Source: Coprothermobacterota bacterium
GTDB taxonomy: Bacteria; Coprothermobacterota; HKB111
Direction: 5' to 3'
DNA length: 64,000 nucleotides
NCBI GenBank assembly: GCA_037440465.1
Contig: JBBIUB010000003.1
Span: 1-64,000, forward strand
Shown here in pieces: positions 39,808 to 50,569 of this stretch. The position numbers and the translations under genes were made by a program. Positions within the stretch are counted from its first letter, which is position 1; every line of letters begins with the position of its first letter. Below the pieces are notes generated by a model, which saw only the letters and a list, made by a program, of their open reading frames with translations, was not told the origin of the DNA and did not search any database.

Positions 39808-40959
39808 CTACCCAACTACACTTGGTTCTTTTATAAGTTCCCCTCTCACAAACCTGTGATAGTCAAGCGCATTTATATTTATTGAGGGTTCTTCTCCCAA
39901 TATAATTTGTGATAGAAGCTCTCCACTCATTGGAGATAGCATAAAACCGTGACCTGAAAAACCTGTAGAAATATAAAGACCTTCTACTTCTGATATTTTA
40001 CCAATAATTGGTGTTGCATCAGGAGTCATATCATAACTCCCACCCCATTGCCTTACAACCCTTACATTCTTGAAAAATGGAAAAAGCCTGTTTATCTTTT
40101 TACTCATAGTGCGGAGAAAATCAAAGGTAGAAGAAATGTCCTCTCCTTTAGGTTCATTGGGATCACCACAACCCATAATAAAACTGCCATGAGGTGTTTG
40201 TTGACAATATAAGTTTAGTGAAAAAGAGATGACCATTGATTTAACCATAGGTTCTAAGGGTTCTGTTACTAATGCCTGGTGTTTTTCTCCCCATAAGGGT
40301 ATTTCAATATCAATATCTTTTAATAAATTTACGGTATTAATACCGGAAGTTACCACAACCTTATCTGCATAAATCTTTCCCTTTTCTGTTTCAACTCCTA
40401 CTATCCTTTCTTTCTCTCTTATGAGTTGATTAACAGGAGTAAATTTCTTTATTTCTACTCCCATTCTGGATGCAGCTTCTCCATAGGCAAAAACTACTCT
40501 ATGGGGGTCAGCGTATCCGTCTCTCCCATGAAAGGTACCACCCAGTACTCCCTCAATATTCAAGTAAGGTACAATTTCTTTTGCTTCAGCAGGAGTTATT
40601 AATAATGATCTAATCCCAAAAGAATTCTGTAAAGTTACATTTTTTCTGAGTTGCTCAAATTCGCTTTCTTGATAAGCGAGTATAAGATAACCTCCTTGCT
40701 TAAGATGTATTCCCCCTGGAAAATTCAGTTCTTCGTCCATCATTTCAAATTTCTCAAGGGATTTTAAAGCCAGAAGACAATTAATAGGAAGTCCCCATTG
40801 TGCCCTGATACCGGCAGCGCAAGCACCAGTAGCACCTGAACCAAGATAGTTCTTTTCAAGTAGAATGATTTTACCTGCCTTCTTTGAAGCCAGATGATAA
40901 GCCAGAGATACCCCCTGACATCCACCTCCTACAATGATGATATCTGCAGTTTCAATCAT
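39808..40959 (-). CDS. FAD-dependent amino-acid dehydrogenase subunit (proline dehydrogenase / sarcosine oxidase beta-like, DAO family)
   Basis: IVGGG, GATG..AAGIRAQ, VRQW, TPD.TPIIG, GFSGHGFM. Confidence 0.88.
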   Translation of the reverse strand: MIETADIIIVGGGCQGVSLAYHLASKKAGKIILLEKNYLGSGATGACAAGIRAQWGLPINCLLALKSLEKFEMMDEELNFPGGIHLKQGGYLILAYQESEFEQLRKNVTLQNSFGIRSLLITPAEAKEIVPYLNIEGVLGGTFHGRDGYADPHRVVFAYGEAASRMGVEIKKFTPVNQLIREKERIVGVETEKGKIYADKVVVTSGINTVNLLKDIDIEIPLWGEKHQALVTEPLEPMVKSMVISFSLNLYCQQTPHGSFIMGCGDPNEPKGEDISSTFDFLRTMSKKINRLFPFFKNVRVVRQWGGSYDMTPDATPIIGKISEVEGLYISTGFSGHGFMLSPMSGELLSQIILGEEPSININALDYHRFVRGELIKEPSVVG

Positions 40960-41233
40960 CTTCTTCTCCCAGAATTTCTTTGAAGATTATCGGCTTTGCT
41001 GGAGGACGGGCGTGAGTAGGTCTTAAAGGTTGTTCTTTAATATCTTTCTTTAAGTATCTGGTTATTTCCTGAAGGATTAACAACTTGCAGGTTTTACCCT
41101 GACAGGGACCCATACCGGCTCTACTCAAACGTTTAATTTCGTCAAAAGTGGTATATCCACGCTTTAAGTATTCTCTTAAATCCTTAAGGGTTAAGTCTTC
41201 ACATCTACAGATAATTACTTTATCTTCTTTCAT
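40952..41233 (-). CDS. BFD-like [2Fe-2S] subunit
   Basis: ICRCED, GMGPCQGKTC, RPP. Confidence 0.88.
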   Translation of the reverse strand: MKEDKVIICRCEDLTLKDLREYLKRGYTTFDEIKRLSRAGMGPCQGKTCKLLILQEITRYLKKDIKEQPLRPTHARPPAKPIIFKEILGEEDD

Positions 41234-41723
41234 TTAACCTTTTCAAATAAAAGTGTCTTATATCCATAACCTGATTAAGAGGCACAAGGATTGTCACCAT
41301 AGGAGTCTTAGCTTTTCTCCCAGAGATTTTAACTTCATCAACTATTACCTCTCCTACGATATTTCCCTCTCTGTCAACTGCTAGAACACTTTCTCCTTTT
41401 TCAGGTAACGGCTGGAATTCGTAGGGCATAGATATTGAAGCCTGATTATTTCCAACAGTTTCGTCTATTAAGAAAATAGCCAAACCGGGGCATTCAGAAA
41501 CACATAAACCACAACCCGTGCATCTATCAAAATCAATTTCAGGTAAATCGTTAATATTAACAAACTCTTTTACAGCCTTGAAAGGACAGGCAGCATAACA
41601 AGGGTCGCAGGGTATCTCTTCAAAACACTCTATCATTGCATAAGGACCTTCACATCTTCTTTTTTTTGACGGAATAAATCTTTTTAATTCTTCTTTTGTT
41701 GGAACCCCTGTTTTTTCAAGCAT
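41220..41723 (-). CDS. 4Fe-4S dicluster subunit
   Basis: ECFEEIPCDPC..ACP and CTGCGLCVSECPG; ATG at 41723 has an SD. Confidence 0.88.
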   Translation of the reverse strand: MLEKTGVPTKEELKRFIPSKKRRCEGPYAMIECFEEIPCDPCYAACPFKAVKEFVNINDLPEIDFDRCTGCGLCVSECPGLAIFLIDETVGNNQASISMPYEFQPLPEKGESVLAVDREGNIVGEVIVDEVKISGRKAKTPMVTILVPLNQVMDIRHFYLKRLNERR

Positions 41724-42837
41724 ACTTAAATCCTTCAATTACAGATTGTTTATCATTAGTTTTTAACTTAGAAATACCTTCTTTAATTTTGAAGCTCTTA
41801 GGACCAGCTCTATATTTACTCAAGGATTCAAGTATCCTTTCTATTTCTCTATCAACACCATCTCTAATATAACCTATATCTTGAGCTGCTACCAAACCAG
41901 CTAACCTTCCTTGAAGCATAGCCGTGGTAGCTTCCTCTACTCCTGCTAAATCCCCTACCACAAAGATTTCTTTTCTTGAAGTACGCATGAATTCATCATG
42001 AAAAGGAACAAAACCACCAAGTTCTGGGATATATACAAATTTCAACCCACACTGTTCCAGAAGTTCGCCAAGCGGATTTAAACCAACTGCTAAAGAGATA
42101 ACATCAACTTTGAGGACTTTTTCTGTCCCAGGTACTGGTCTTAGGTTATTATCTAAAGCAGTGATTACAGCTTCCTCTACTTTATTTTCTCCTCTCGCTT
42201 CCAGAATAGTATGTCTTAAATAAATTGGAATGCCCATTCGCCTTATCTTACTTGCATGAACCAGATAGCCTCCTATTTTAGGCATAGCATCTAAAACACA
42301 AATGACTCTTGCTCCAGCTTGAAGAAGTTGATAGCTAACAATTAAACCAATATTTCCTGCTCCAACCATGAGATAAGTATCGCCAGGAAGGACGCCATTT
42401 ACATTCATTAAAGTCTGGATAGCTCCAGCAGCATATACTCCGGGAAGATCGTTACCGGGGAAAAGAAGCATTCTCTCTGAAGCACCGGTGGCAAAAATAA
42501 CCCTATCATACCTTATTTTTTTTAAGGTCTGATTATGACTGTATATAATAGTACAATCGGGATAAAATGCAACAACCTCCCCCCCTTGAATAGTTTTAAG
42601 GTTCCCATTTTCAGAAGACTTAATTTCCTCTGATAACCTTGTGGCTATATCTATTCCTCTAACACCAGCTTGTTCCTTATAAGTACCAAAAAACTTGTGG
42701 GTTTGTTTTATCAGTTGACCACCGAGTGTTTCTTGCCTATCAATCAGAGTAACACAAGCTCCAAGGTTAGAAGCTGCCAGTGCAGCCATAAGGCCTGCTG
42801 GACCACCTCCAACTACCAGAACCTGAGTATCTTTCAT
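41716..42837 (-). CDS. NAD(P)/FAD-dependent oxidoreductase (alpha-like subunit)
   Basis: GGGPAG, GGQLIKQTHKFFG, ATGASER, GAGNIG, GD. Confidence 0.9.
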   Translation of the reverse strand: MKDTQVLVVGGGPAGLMAALAASNLGACVTLIDRQETLGGQLIKQTHKFFGTYKEQAGVRGIDIATRLSEEIKSSENGNLKTIQGGEVVAFYPDCTIIYSHNQTLKKIRYDRVIFATGASERMLLFPGNDLPGVYAAGAIQTLMNVNGVLPGDTYLMVGAGNIGLIVSYQLLQAGARVICVLDAMPKIGGYLVHASKIRRMGIPIYLRHTILEARGENKVEEAVITALDNNLRPVPGTEKVLKVDVISLAVGLNPLGELLEQCGLKFVYIPELGGFVPFHDEFMRTSRKEIFVVGDLAGVEEATTAMLQGRLAGLVAAQDIGYIRDGVDREIERILESLSKYRAGPKSFKIKEGISKLKTNDKQSVIEGFKYA

Positions 42838-43142
42838 CAAAAAATTCCTTTACCTTCCTGGGTATGGATCTTCATGCCTTCTCTTAACGGGGTTACACAT
42901 ATTCGTACATTAGGCATACCATCAACTTCCATAAGGCAGGAAGAACAGTTCCCAATAACGCAAAAAAATCCCCGAGGTCTCTTTAGTTTAATAGAAGTGT
43001 GAAAGTTATATATTCCATAAGAAATTAATGCTGAGGCAATTGTATCTCCCTCAAAACCAGATAATTCTTTTCCATTAAAGGTAAAAGAGATTATTTTCCG
43101 GCGTGGAAAATTAAGAATGGGATGTTTCAAAATTCTCTTCAA
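42837..43142 (-). CDS. [2Fe-2S] subunit (sarcosine oxidase alpha N-terminal-like)
   Basis: GDTIASAL, RPRGFFCVIGNCSSC, VRIC. Confidence 0.88.
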   Translation of the reverse strand: MKRILKHPILNFPRRKIISFTFNGKELSGFEGDTIASALISYGIYNFHTSIKLKRPRGFFCVIGNCSSCLMEVDGMPNVRICVTPLREGMKIHTQEGKGIF

Positions 43143-43304
43143 GGAAGAGATTCTCCTTGATAGCAGGTGTTTATCTTTATATTAAAACAAAACCAGATTA
43201 ACATCAGAAAAAGTATAACATAGTAAAACCACTAAAAAGTTCACTTAAACCTCTTGAATTCATAAATCAAAATGGTCTAACTAATTTAAGCTTAGTATAT
43301 ATTT

Positions 43305-44033
43305 TTAAGGAGAATGAGCTTCCGTAGCTGGTAAAGTTCCATCAAAAAACAACTTACCTCCCTTCAAGGTCAGGGATTTTATGGATAAACCTGAAACAGT
43401 CTTAAGACGAGCTTCAATAAAATTGATAATATCCTCATTTGATATAGGAAACAATCCCAATTCTAAAGGAACAGGTAACCTGCCTATCTCCAGTTTTTTA
43501 ATATCTAACTCTATTTCATTGTTAATTATTGAACCGGTACCCTTAATATAAAATGGAGGATTGGTTTTTAGAAAACCAACTCTTTTCATAGCAGATTCTG
43601 CTTGATCTGAATCTACACCAAAGGCTTTAAGGCAGGGAATAATACGGTCCACCAGTATTACTCCAGAGGCTTCAGCCATTCCATCCTCATGGATTTTAAG
43701 TTGAACATCCTTAACGGGAAAGTATTTCCAGGGACGATTGTGAATAAGGGCGGTTAATTCTTTATCAGTAAACGAGGTTTTAACAACCTTTGTTCCTGAA
43801 TATTTCAGGCTTTCTTCTGGGGATAAGTCTGATGGGAGTAACACATATTTTGTACCTGTTTTAGACCTACCAGTATTAAAATCATCTTGTGTAAAAGTTG
43901 CTCCGAGATCTTTGGGTTTATCAGAACCAAATATCCTGGACACTCCAGGGATCAGTCCAAAATACCCTAATATGAGGACAGCTATTACAACAACAATACC
44001 AATAAAAATAATGAGTCTAAGAATCACTTTCAT
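43305..44033 (-). CDS. Hypothetical membrane-anchored protein
   Basis: 242-aa ORF, single N-terminal TM, GGGG SD, extended -10 near 44066-44074; family not recognised. Confidence 0.7.
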   Translation of the reverse strand: MKVILRLIIFIGIVVVIAVLILGYFGLIPGVSRIFGSDKPKDLGATFTQDDFNTGRSKTGTKYVLLPSDLSPEESLKYSGTKVVKTSFTDKELTALIHNRPWKYFPVKDVQLKIHEDGMAEASGVILVDRIIPCLKAFGVDSDQAESAMKRVGFLKTNPPFYIKGTGSIINNEIELDIKKLEIGRLPVPLELGLFPISNEDIINFIEARLKTVSGLSIKSLTLKGGKLFFDGTLPATEAHSP

Positions 44034-44043
44034 TTTTTCCCCC

Positions 44044-45071
44044 TTATAAGGATAAGTTGTTTTTCATTATATCACTAAAGTTCAAAGAATTAAGAGGAAT
44101 GGGTGTTAACTTTTTCTCATAATATTTCCAGGCAGGTTGTCTAACGAAGCCAAGCTCTTCATTTATAGCCAACATGCCCGTATTAATTGAGTCGTTCCAT
44201 GTTTTAATGGTTTTATATCCATAGTTCTTTGCATATTCTATAGCCTTATATTTTAAAGCCATAGCTATACCACGTCTGTGGTATTCTGGCCTTATCCCCG
44301 TAAGTCCCTGATATAAATCCTGAGGTGAGGCTTTGGAAATATGCAAACAACACCGTCCAATATAAAATTCTTTATCCTTAGCAATAAAGTAAGCATCAGG
44401 CATGAGGGTAGGAGACTTAAAATGGCTTCGTTTATACTCTTCAAAAGTAATAGGAGTATAGGGGTCTGGCTTGGGGACATCTCTCCAGAGGGTATTATCC
44501 AATTCAAAAAGCCTGTAATCCCAATCAGTAGTCTTTTCCTTCTCCTCTATCATGGTAGTAAAATCTATCCCCTGCTTTAAAACAGTTTCCAGGGATGAAT
44601 AAAATTCTTCAAGTTTAAAATCCTGCAAATTCAGCCTTGATTCCCATTCACGCCTTTTTTCTTCAAATCCTCTTTTTTCCAGAAAGGTTGCTACCTCTTT
44701 TCTATCCTCCCGTGCATTTGCCCTCAAGATAACAGCATTTAGAGAGTTCACCTCTTCCAATATCTTTTCGTATAGAAGAGTTCCAATACCCTGTTTCTGC
44801 CTCAGGGGATGTACCTGTATATTCACCCGGAATTTCTTTGGATGAAACATTTCGGGCTCGTGATGAAAAAGACCATAGGAAACTATCTCGTCTCCAGGTT
44901 GAATAACTACCACATACCTTTTTTGTAGATACTTCGTCCTATCAAAACTTTCATCCCAATGACGAAGTTCCTCTACAGTGCTGGGATATTCGGGGTAATT
45001 TGCACTCTCTATTCTACTATTGCTTCATAACCATCAGGTTTAAACTCCCTCAAAAATACAGATTGAGCCAT
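44044..45071 (-). pseudogene. Tandem GNAT acetyltransferase with a one-base frameshift after codon 20
   Basis: ATG 45071 gives MAQSVFLREFKPDGYEAIVE then TAG; the -1 frame continues IESANYPEYPSTVEELRHWD into the 289-aa ORF with RQKQGIG and HRRGIA motifs. Confidence 0.75.
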
Positions 45072-45164
45072 TTATACATATCTCTTTGGTTCAAGCAATT
45101 TAATTATTTTTTAATTATACATCTATTTTATGCTAATCTATATAAAAATAAAGGCAGGTGATAA

Positions 45165-46628
<1,464 letters not shown>

Positions 46629-46629
46629 T

Positions 46630-46658
46630 TTGCATTTAAACACTAAATTTGATATAAT
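46630..46658 (+). promoter_or_regulatory. Sigma-A-type promoter of rpmB
   Basis: TTGCAT-17 nt-TATAAT with extended TG. Confidence 0.75.
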
Positions 46659-46694
46659 GTATAGTTAATATTGTTAAGGGAGGATTAGTTTTAG

Positions 46695-46886
46695 ATGTCC
46701 AAATTTTGTGACTTATGCGGAAAAGGACCAGGTAGTGGTAATCATGTAAGTAAATCTAAAGTTATGGTAAAAAGGCGATGGTTACCCAACTTACATAAGA
46801 TAAAAGCTCGCATTGGCGATTCAGTAAAATTAGTTAAAGTTTGTAGTAAGTGTCTTAAAGCTCAGAAAGTTGTTAAGGTAGTTTAA
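46695..46886 (+). CDS. rpmB: 50S ribosomal protein L28 (zinc-binding form)
   Basis: CDLCGK..GNHVS..KRRWLPNL..CSKCLK; GGAGG SD. Confidence 0.95.
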   Translation: MSKFCDLCGKGPGSGNHVSKSKVMVKRRWLPNLHKIKARIGDSVKLVKVCSKCLKAQKVVKVV

Positions 46887-47335
46887 CTTTGCTGACCTTT
46901 TAATAAGCGAGAGATCTCACGCCTGGTCTCTCGCTTTTTTATTTCTTCCCTTTTATCAATGAGTCTTTTCCCTCTACCAAGCGATATTGATACCTTAACC
47001 CAGCTGTTTTTAAAGTATATTTTGGTTGGTACAAGTGCAAAACCTTTTTGACTTACCTGTCCAATAAGACGACTTATCTCTCTTTTATTTAGAAGAAGTT
47101 TACGGGGTCTATCCTCTTTAGGAGCAAACGTTGAGGTTGTTTTATATCTTCCGATGTGAAGGCCATGAAGCCAGATCTCTCCATCTATAATCTCACAATG
47201 GGCACTTTTGAAGGAAGCTCTCCCTTCTCTAATGGCTTTAACTTCAGAGCCCAGAAGCACTATTCCTGCTTCCCTGCTATCCTCCAGCTCAAAGTTAGCT
47301 ATAGCTTTTCTATTTACTCCTATTATTTTTTCCAT
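46883..47335 (-). CDS. smpB: SsrA-binding protein
   Basis: NRKA, EAGIVLLGSEVKAIR, RKLLL, DKRE. Confidence 0.95.
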   Translation of the reverse strand: MEKIIGVNRKAIANFELEDSREAGIVLLGSEVKAIREGRASFKSAHCEIIDGEIWLHGLHIGRYKTTSTFAPKEDRPRKLLLNKREISRLIGQVSQKGFALVPTKIYFKNSWVKVSISLGRGKRLIDKREEIKKRETRREISRLLKGQQS

Positions 47336-47410
47336 AATATTATTATATGTTGAAAATCTGTATTTTTAAGCTTTATAATGTTATATGAGTTATAAAAAAA
47401 GGAGGATGAT

Positions 47411-49183
47411 ATGAAGTTAAAGATTTTACTATTTACCATAATGTTTATTCTTATTCTCCCTTCTCAGGTATTAGCCAAAGATTATTCCATACCCACGGTA
47501 TCCATAAAAGCTGTAATAAATCAGGATGGAAATTTTAGTTTTTATGAAGAGAGAACCTTCAGTTTTGACGGCTCATTCTCCTTTGGATTCTACGATCTTC
47601 CAAGACAAGGTTTTAAAACCCTCTACGGGGTCCAGGTACTTGAAGATGGTAACCCCCTGATTAATGAAACCAGTAAAAATGCTGGTACTTTTTATATTGA
47701 AGAGTTCCCTGATAAATATAGAATCCATTATTTTTATAATGCTTACTATGAAAAGAAAACTTTCACCTTTATATTCACAGCTAAAGAGGCAGTTAAGGTT
47801 TATGAAGACTATGGTGAATTCTATTGGAAACTTCAAGGGAGTGGTTGGGAAAGGCCTGTAGGAGATTTCAGTGCTGAAATTGAGTTAGTTCAACCCGTTC
47901 CAGTTGATGATTTCTTAGTCTGGGCACACGGACCACTTTGGGGAGAGATCAAAAAATTAAATGAACAAAAAATACTTGTTAAGGTTTTAAATGTACCCTC
48001 TAACACCTTTGTAGAAGCCCGAATTCTTATTCCATCATCTTATTTTGTAGATGCCATTATAAAAAAAGGGGTTATTAAAGATAAGGTGTTAAAAGAGGAA
48101 GGCTCGCTTGTAAGAAGAGCAAATCGTATCAGGTTTATTTTGAAATCTCTCCCTTTTTTAAGCCTTCTTATATTTGCTGTACTACTAATAATATTCTTTC
48201 GTGTATATTCTAAATATGGCTTAGAATTCAATATCCCCAAAAACTTCATATATTACAGAGAACCTCCCTCAAAAATGACTCCTGCTATAGTCGGTTCTAT
48301 ATTAAGTTTCAATAAATTTAAGCCAAGTTTTCTACAGGCTACAATTCTTGACCTTCTAAGAAAAGGTTATATCGAAATGGAAGAGATACCAAAAAAACAA
48401 CGAAGGAATGATTATCTTCTAAAACTTGTAAATAATCACTTTGGAAAGTTAGAAGATTTTGAACAACTTCTATTAAATAGAATCCTCTTTGATAAATCAC
48501 CAGAAGTAATAATCTCGCAACTCCCTAAAAAAATGCAATCAAATAAGACTCATTATAAATATGTCTTTGACGATTTTATTAAAAAAATAAACAATGAAGT
48601 AATAAAAAATAAATATTTTGATACTAAAAGCGAAAAAATTTCCTGGGTTATCCTGGGAGTTGGTATATTTCTGATGTTTATAACTCTACCTTTAGCAGCA
48701 ATTCTTCACCCATCTTTTACAATTCTATATATATCAGGTGTCACCTATATTCTTGGAGGAATTTTTGCCATACCCAGAAGAACTACTAAAGGCAAGGAAG
48801 AGTTTGATAAATGGTTGGGATTTAAATCTTTTCTTAAAGACTTCTCTAATCTTAAGGAATATGGACCAAAATCCATAATTATCTGGGAGGAATACTTGGT
48901 GTATGCCACCGTCTTTGGTGTTGCTAAGAATGTACTAAAAGTTCTTAAAATCACTTTTCCTCAAATTAATGATATAGATAAATCCAGAATATTTGCTTTT
49001 ACTTCCCTTTCCTCAGGTATGCCTGCTTCTAATATTAATCAGGCTTTCTCTTCGTTAAATAGTGCGTTCTCTTCCTTAGGAAAGGTAGCCTCCATCAGTT
49101 ATAGTTCTTCTTCCGGTGGAGGTGGAGGATTCTCCGGTGGTGGAGGTGGTGGAGGTGGAGGGTCTGGTGGAGGGGTAGGTTAA
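47411..49183 (+). CDS. DUF2207-family membrane protein
   Basis: Signal peptide, WAHGP, TM helices, WEEYLVYATVFGV, Ser/Gly-rich tail. Confidence 0.9.
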   Translation: MKLKILLFTIMFILILPSQVLAKDYSIPTVSIKAVINQDGNFSFYEERTFSFDGSFSFGFYDLPRQGFKTLYGVQVLEDGNPLINETSKNAGTFYIEEFPDKYRIHYFYNAYYEKKTFTFIFTAKEAVKVYEDYGEFYWKLQGSGWERPVGDFSAEIELVQPVPVDDFLVWAHGPLWGEIKKLNEQKILVKVLNVPSNTFVEARILIPSSYFVDAIIKKGVIKDKVLKEEGSLVRRANRIRFILKSLPFLSLLIFAVLLIIFFRVYSKYGLEFNIPKNFIYYREPPSKMTPAIVGSILSFNKFKPSFLQATILDLLRKGYIEMEEIPKKQRRNDYLLKLVNNHFGKLEDFEQLLLNRILFDKSPEVIISQLPKKMQSNKTHYKYVFDDFIKKINNEVIKNKYFDTKSEKISWVILGVGIFLMFITLPLAAILHPSFTILYISGVTYILGGIFAIPRRTTKGKEEFDKWLGFKSFLKDFSNLKEYGPKSIIIWEEYLVYATVFGVAKNVLKVLKITFPQINDIDKSRIFAFTSLSSGMPASNINQAFSSLNSAFSSLGKVASISYSSSSGGGGGFSGGGGGGGGGSGGGVG

Positions 49184-49200
49184 TAAAACCAATATGCAAA

Positions 49201-49227
49201 GAGACCCTGAAACAAATTCAAGGTGAC
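49201..49227. repeat. Single REP-like palindromic element
   Basis: GAGACCCTGAAACAAATTCAAGGTGAC, imperfect hairpin between convergent genes. Confidence 0.5.
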
Positions 49228-49288
49228 AATTACGCTCATGGAATTTCCATTAATATAATTAGTTATAAGTATTTACTGAACTACAGTT

Positions 49289-50464
49289 CTATAGTTTGTT
49301 CAGAAAATCCTTTATCTTCTCTACTGCTAACGTTATATTCTCCAGGCTGTTAGCGAAGGAAAAACGAATATGTCCCTCTCCATAAGAACCGAATGCTGTT
49401 CCCGATAAACCAGCAACTCCTGCTTCGTTAAGCAGACGCGAAGCCAGCTCCTGGGAGTTCAACCCAAACCCTCTGAAGCTTGGGAACACATAGAAAGCTC
49501 CATCTGGTGGTACACAACGAACACCGGGAATTTCATTTAGAGCCTTTACAAAAAATTCTCTTCTACGTTTGAACTCTGTTACCATATTTTCTGACTCTGT
49601 TTGGGGACCTTCTAAAGCTTCGATTCCTGCCATCTGCACAAAAGCAGTAGCATGTGAATATGTATTAATAGATAAAGTAGTCATTTTAGCTACAAGGTCT
49701 TTTGGAGCTACTCCAAATCCCAATCGCCAGCCAGTCATAGCATAAATTTTTGAGAAACCATCAATAATGATGCTCTGGTCTTTCATACCTGATAGAGAAC
49801 AAATTGAAGGAGTGGGTATGCTCATGTCGTAGGCTATTCTGTTATAAATCTCATCTGTCATCACCCAGATGCCCTTACCTCTTACTAAATCAGCTATCTC
49901 TTTAAGCTCCTCCATTGCATGAGTAGCGCCAGTAGGGTTATGAGGAGTATTCATAATTAACATCTTTGTCTTAGGATTAATAAGCCTTTTTAACAAAGAT
50001 AAATCTGGTTTGAACTGATTTTCTTCCAGATAGGGTAGAGGTACTGGTATACCACCAACAAAGTTGATTAAAGACTCATAAATTGGATAGCCTGGATTTG
50101 GATATATAACTTCATCACCCACATCTACCAGTGCAGTAATCGCAAAGTTCATAACGGGTTTGGCTCCCGCGGTAATAATTACTTCATCAGGAGATACTTC
50201 TATTCCCCTCAATCTTCCAGCATACCTCGCTATTGCTTCTCTAACAGTTCTTATGCCAGGCGCTGGAACATAGTGAGTATAACCATCTTGCAATGCTTTA
50301 AAAGCAGATTCTTTTATATTTGAAGGTGTATCAAAATCTGGTTCACCTATCTCAAGATGAATGATGGTTTTCCCCTGAGCTTCCAGAGCCCTCGCTTTAG
50401 CTAAAACTTCAAAGGCTCCTTCAGTACCCAGCCTTGACATTCTATTTGCATAAAATTGATCCAA
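49289..50464 (-). CDS. PLP-dependent class I/II aminotransferase (aspartate aminotransferase-like)
   Basis: IGEPDF, NTPHNPTG, DEIY, GFSKIYAMTGWRLG. Confidence 0.93.
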   Translation of the reverse strand: MDQFYANRMSRLGTEGAFEVLAKARALEAQGKTIIHLEIGEPDFDTPSNIKESAFKALQDGYTHYVPAPGIRTVREAIARYAGRLRGIEVSPDEVIITAGAKPVMNFAITALVDVGDEVIYPNPGYPIYESLINFVGGIPVPLPYLEENQFKPDLSLLKRLINPKTKMLIMNTPHNPTGATHAMEELKEIADLVRGKGIWVMTDEIYNRIAYDMSIPTPSICSLSGMKDQSIIIDGFSKIYAMTGWRLGFGVAPKDLVAKMTTLSINTYSHATAFVQMAGIEALEGPQTESENMVTEFKRRREFFVKALNEIPGVRCVPPDGAFYVFPSFRGFGLNSQELASRLLNEAGVAGLSGTAFGSYGEGHIRFSFANSLENITLAVEKIKDFLNKL

Positions 50465-50569
50465 TTTATATTACCTCCTGGGTTTTAATTCTTACTAATT
50501 ATAACATCAAAATAAGTGATTAAGAGAACGCATGTTATAATAGATAAAAAGATGTTTTGGAGGAATAAT

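Noticed and set aside
45009..45011. In-frame TAG in the GNAT gene as pyrrolysine or readthrough
   Set aside because: The protein-like continuation is in a different frame, so readthrough would not restore it.
49100..49183. GGT/GGA tandem repeats
   Set aside because: They encode the normal Gly/Ser tail of DUF2207 proteins; not a CRISPR or VNTR element.
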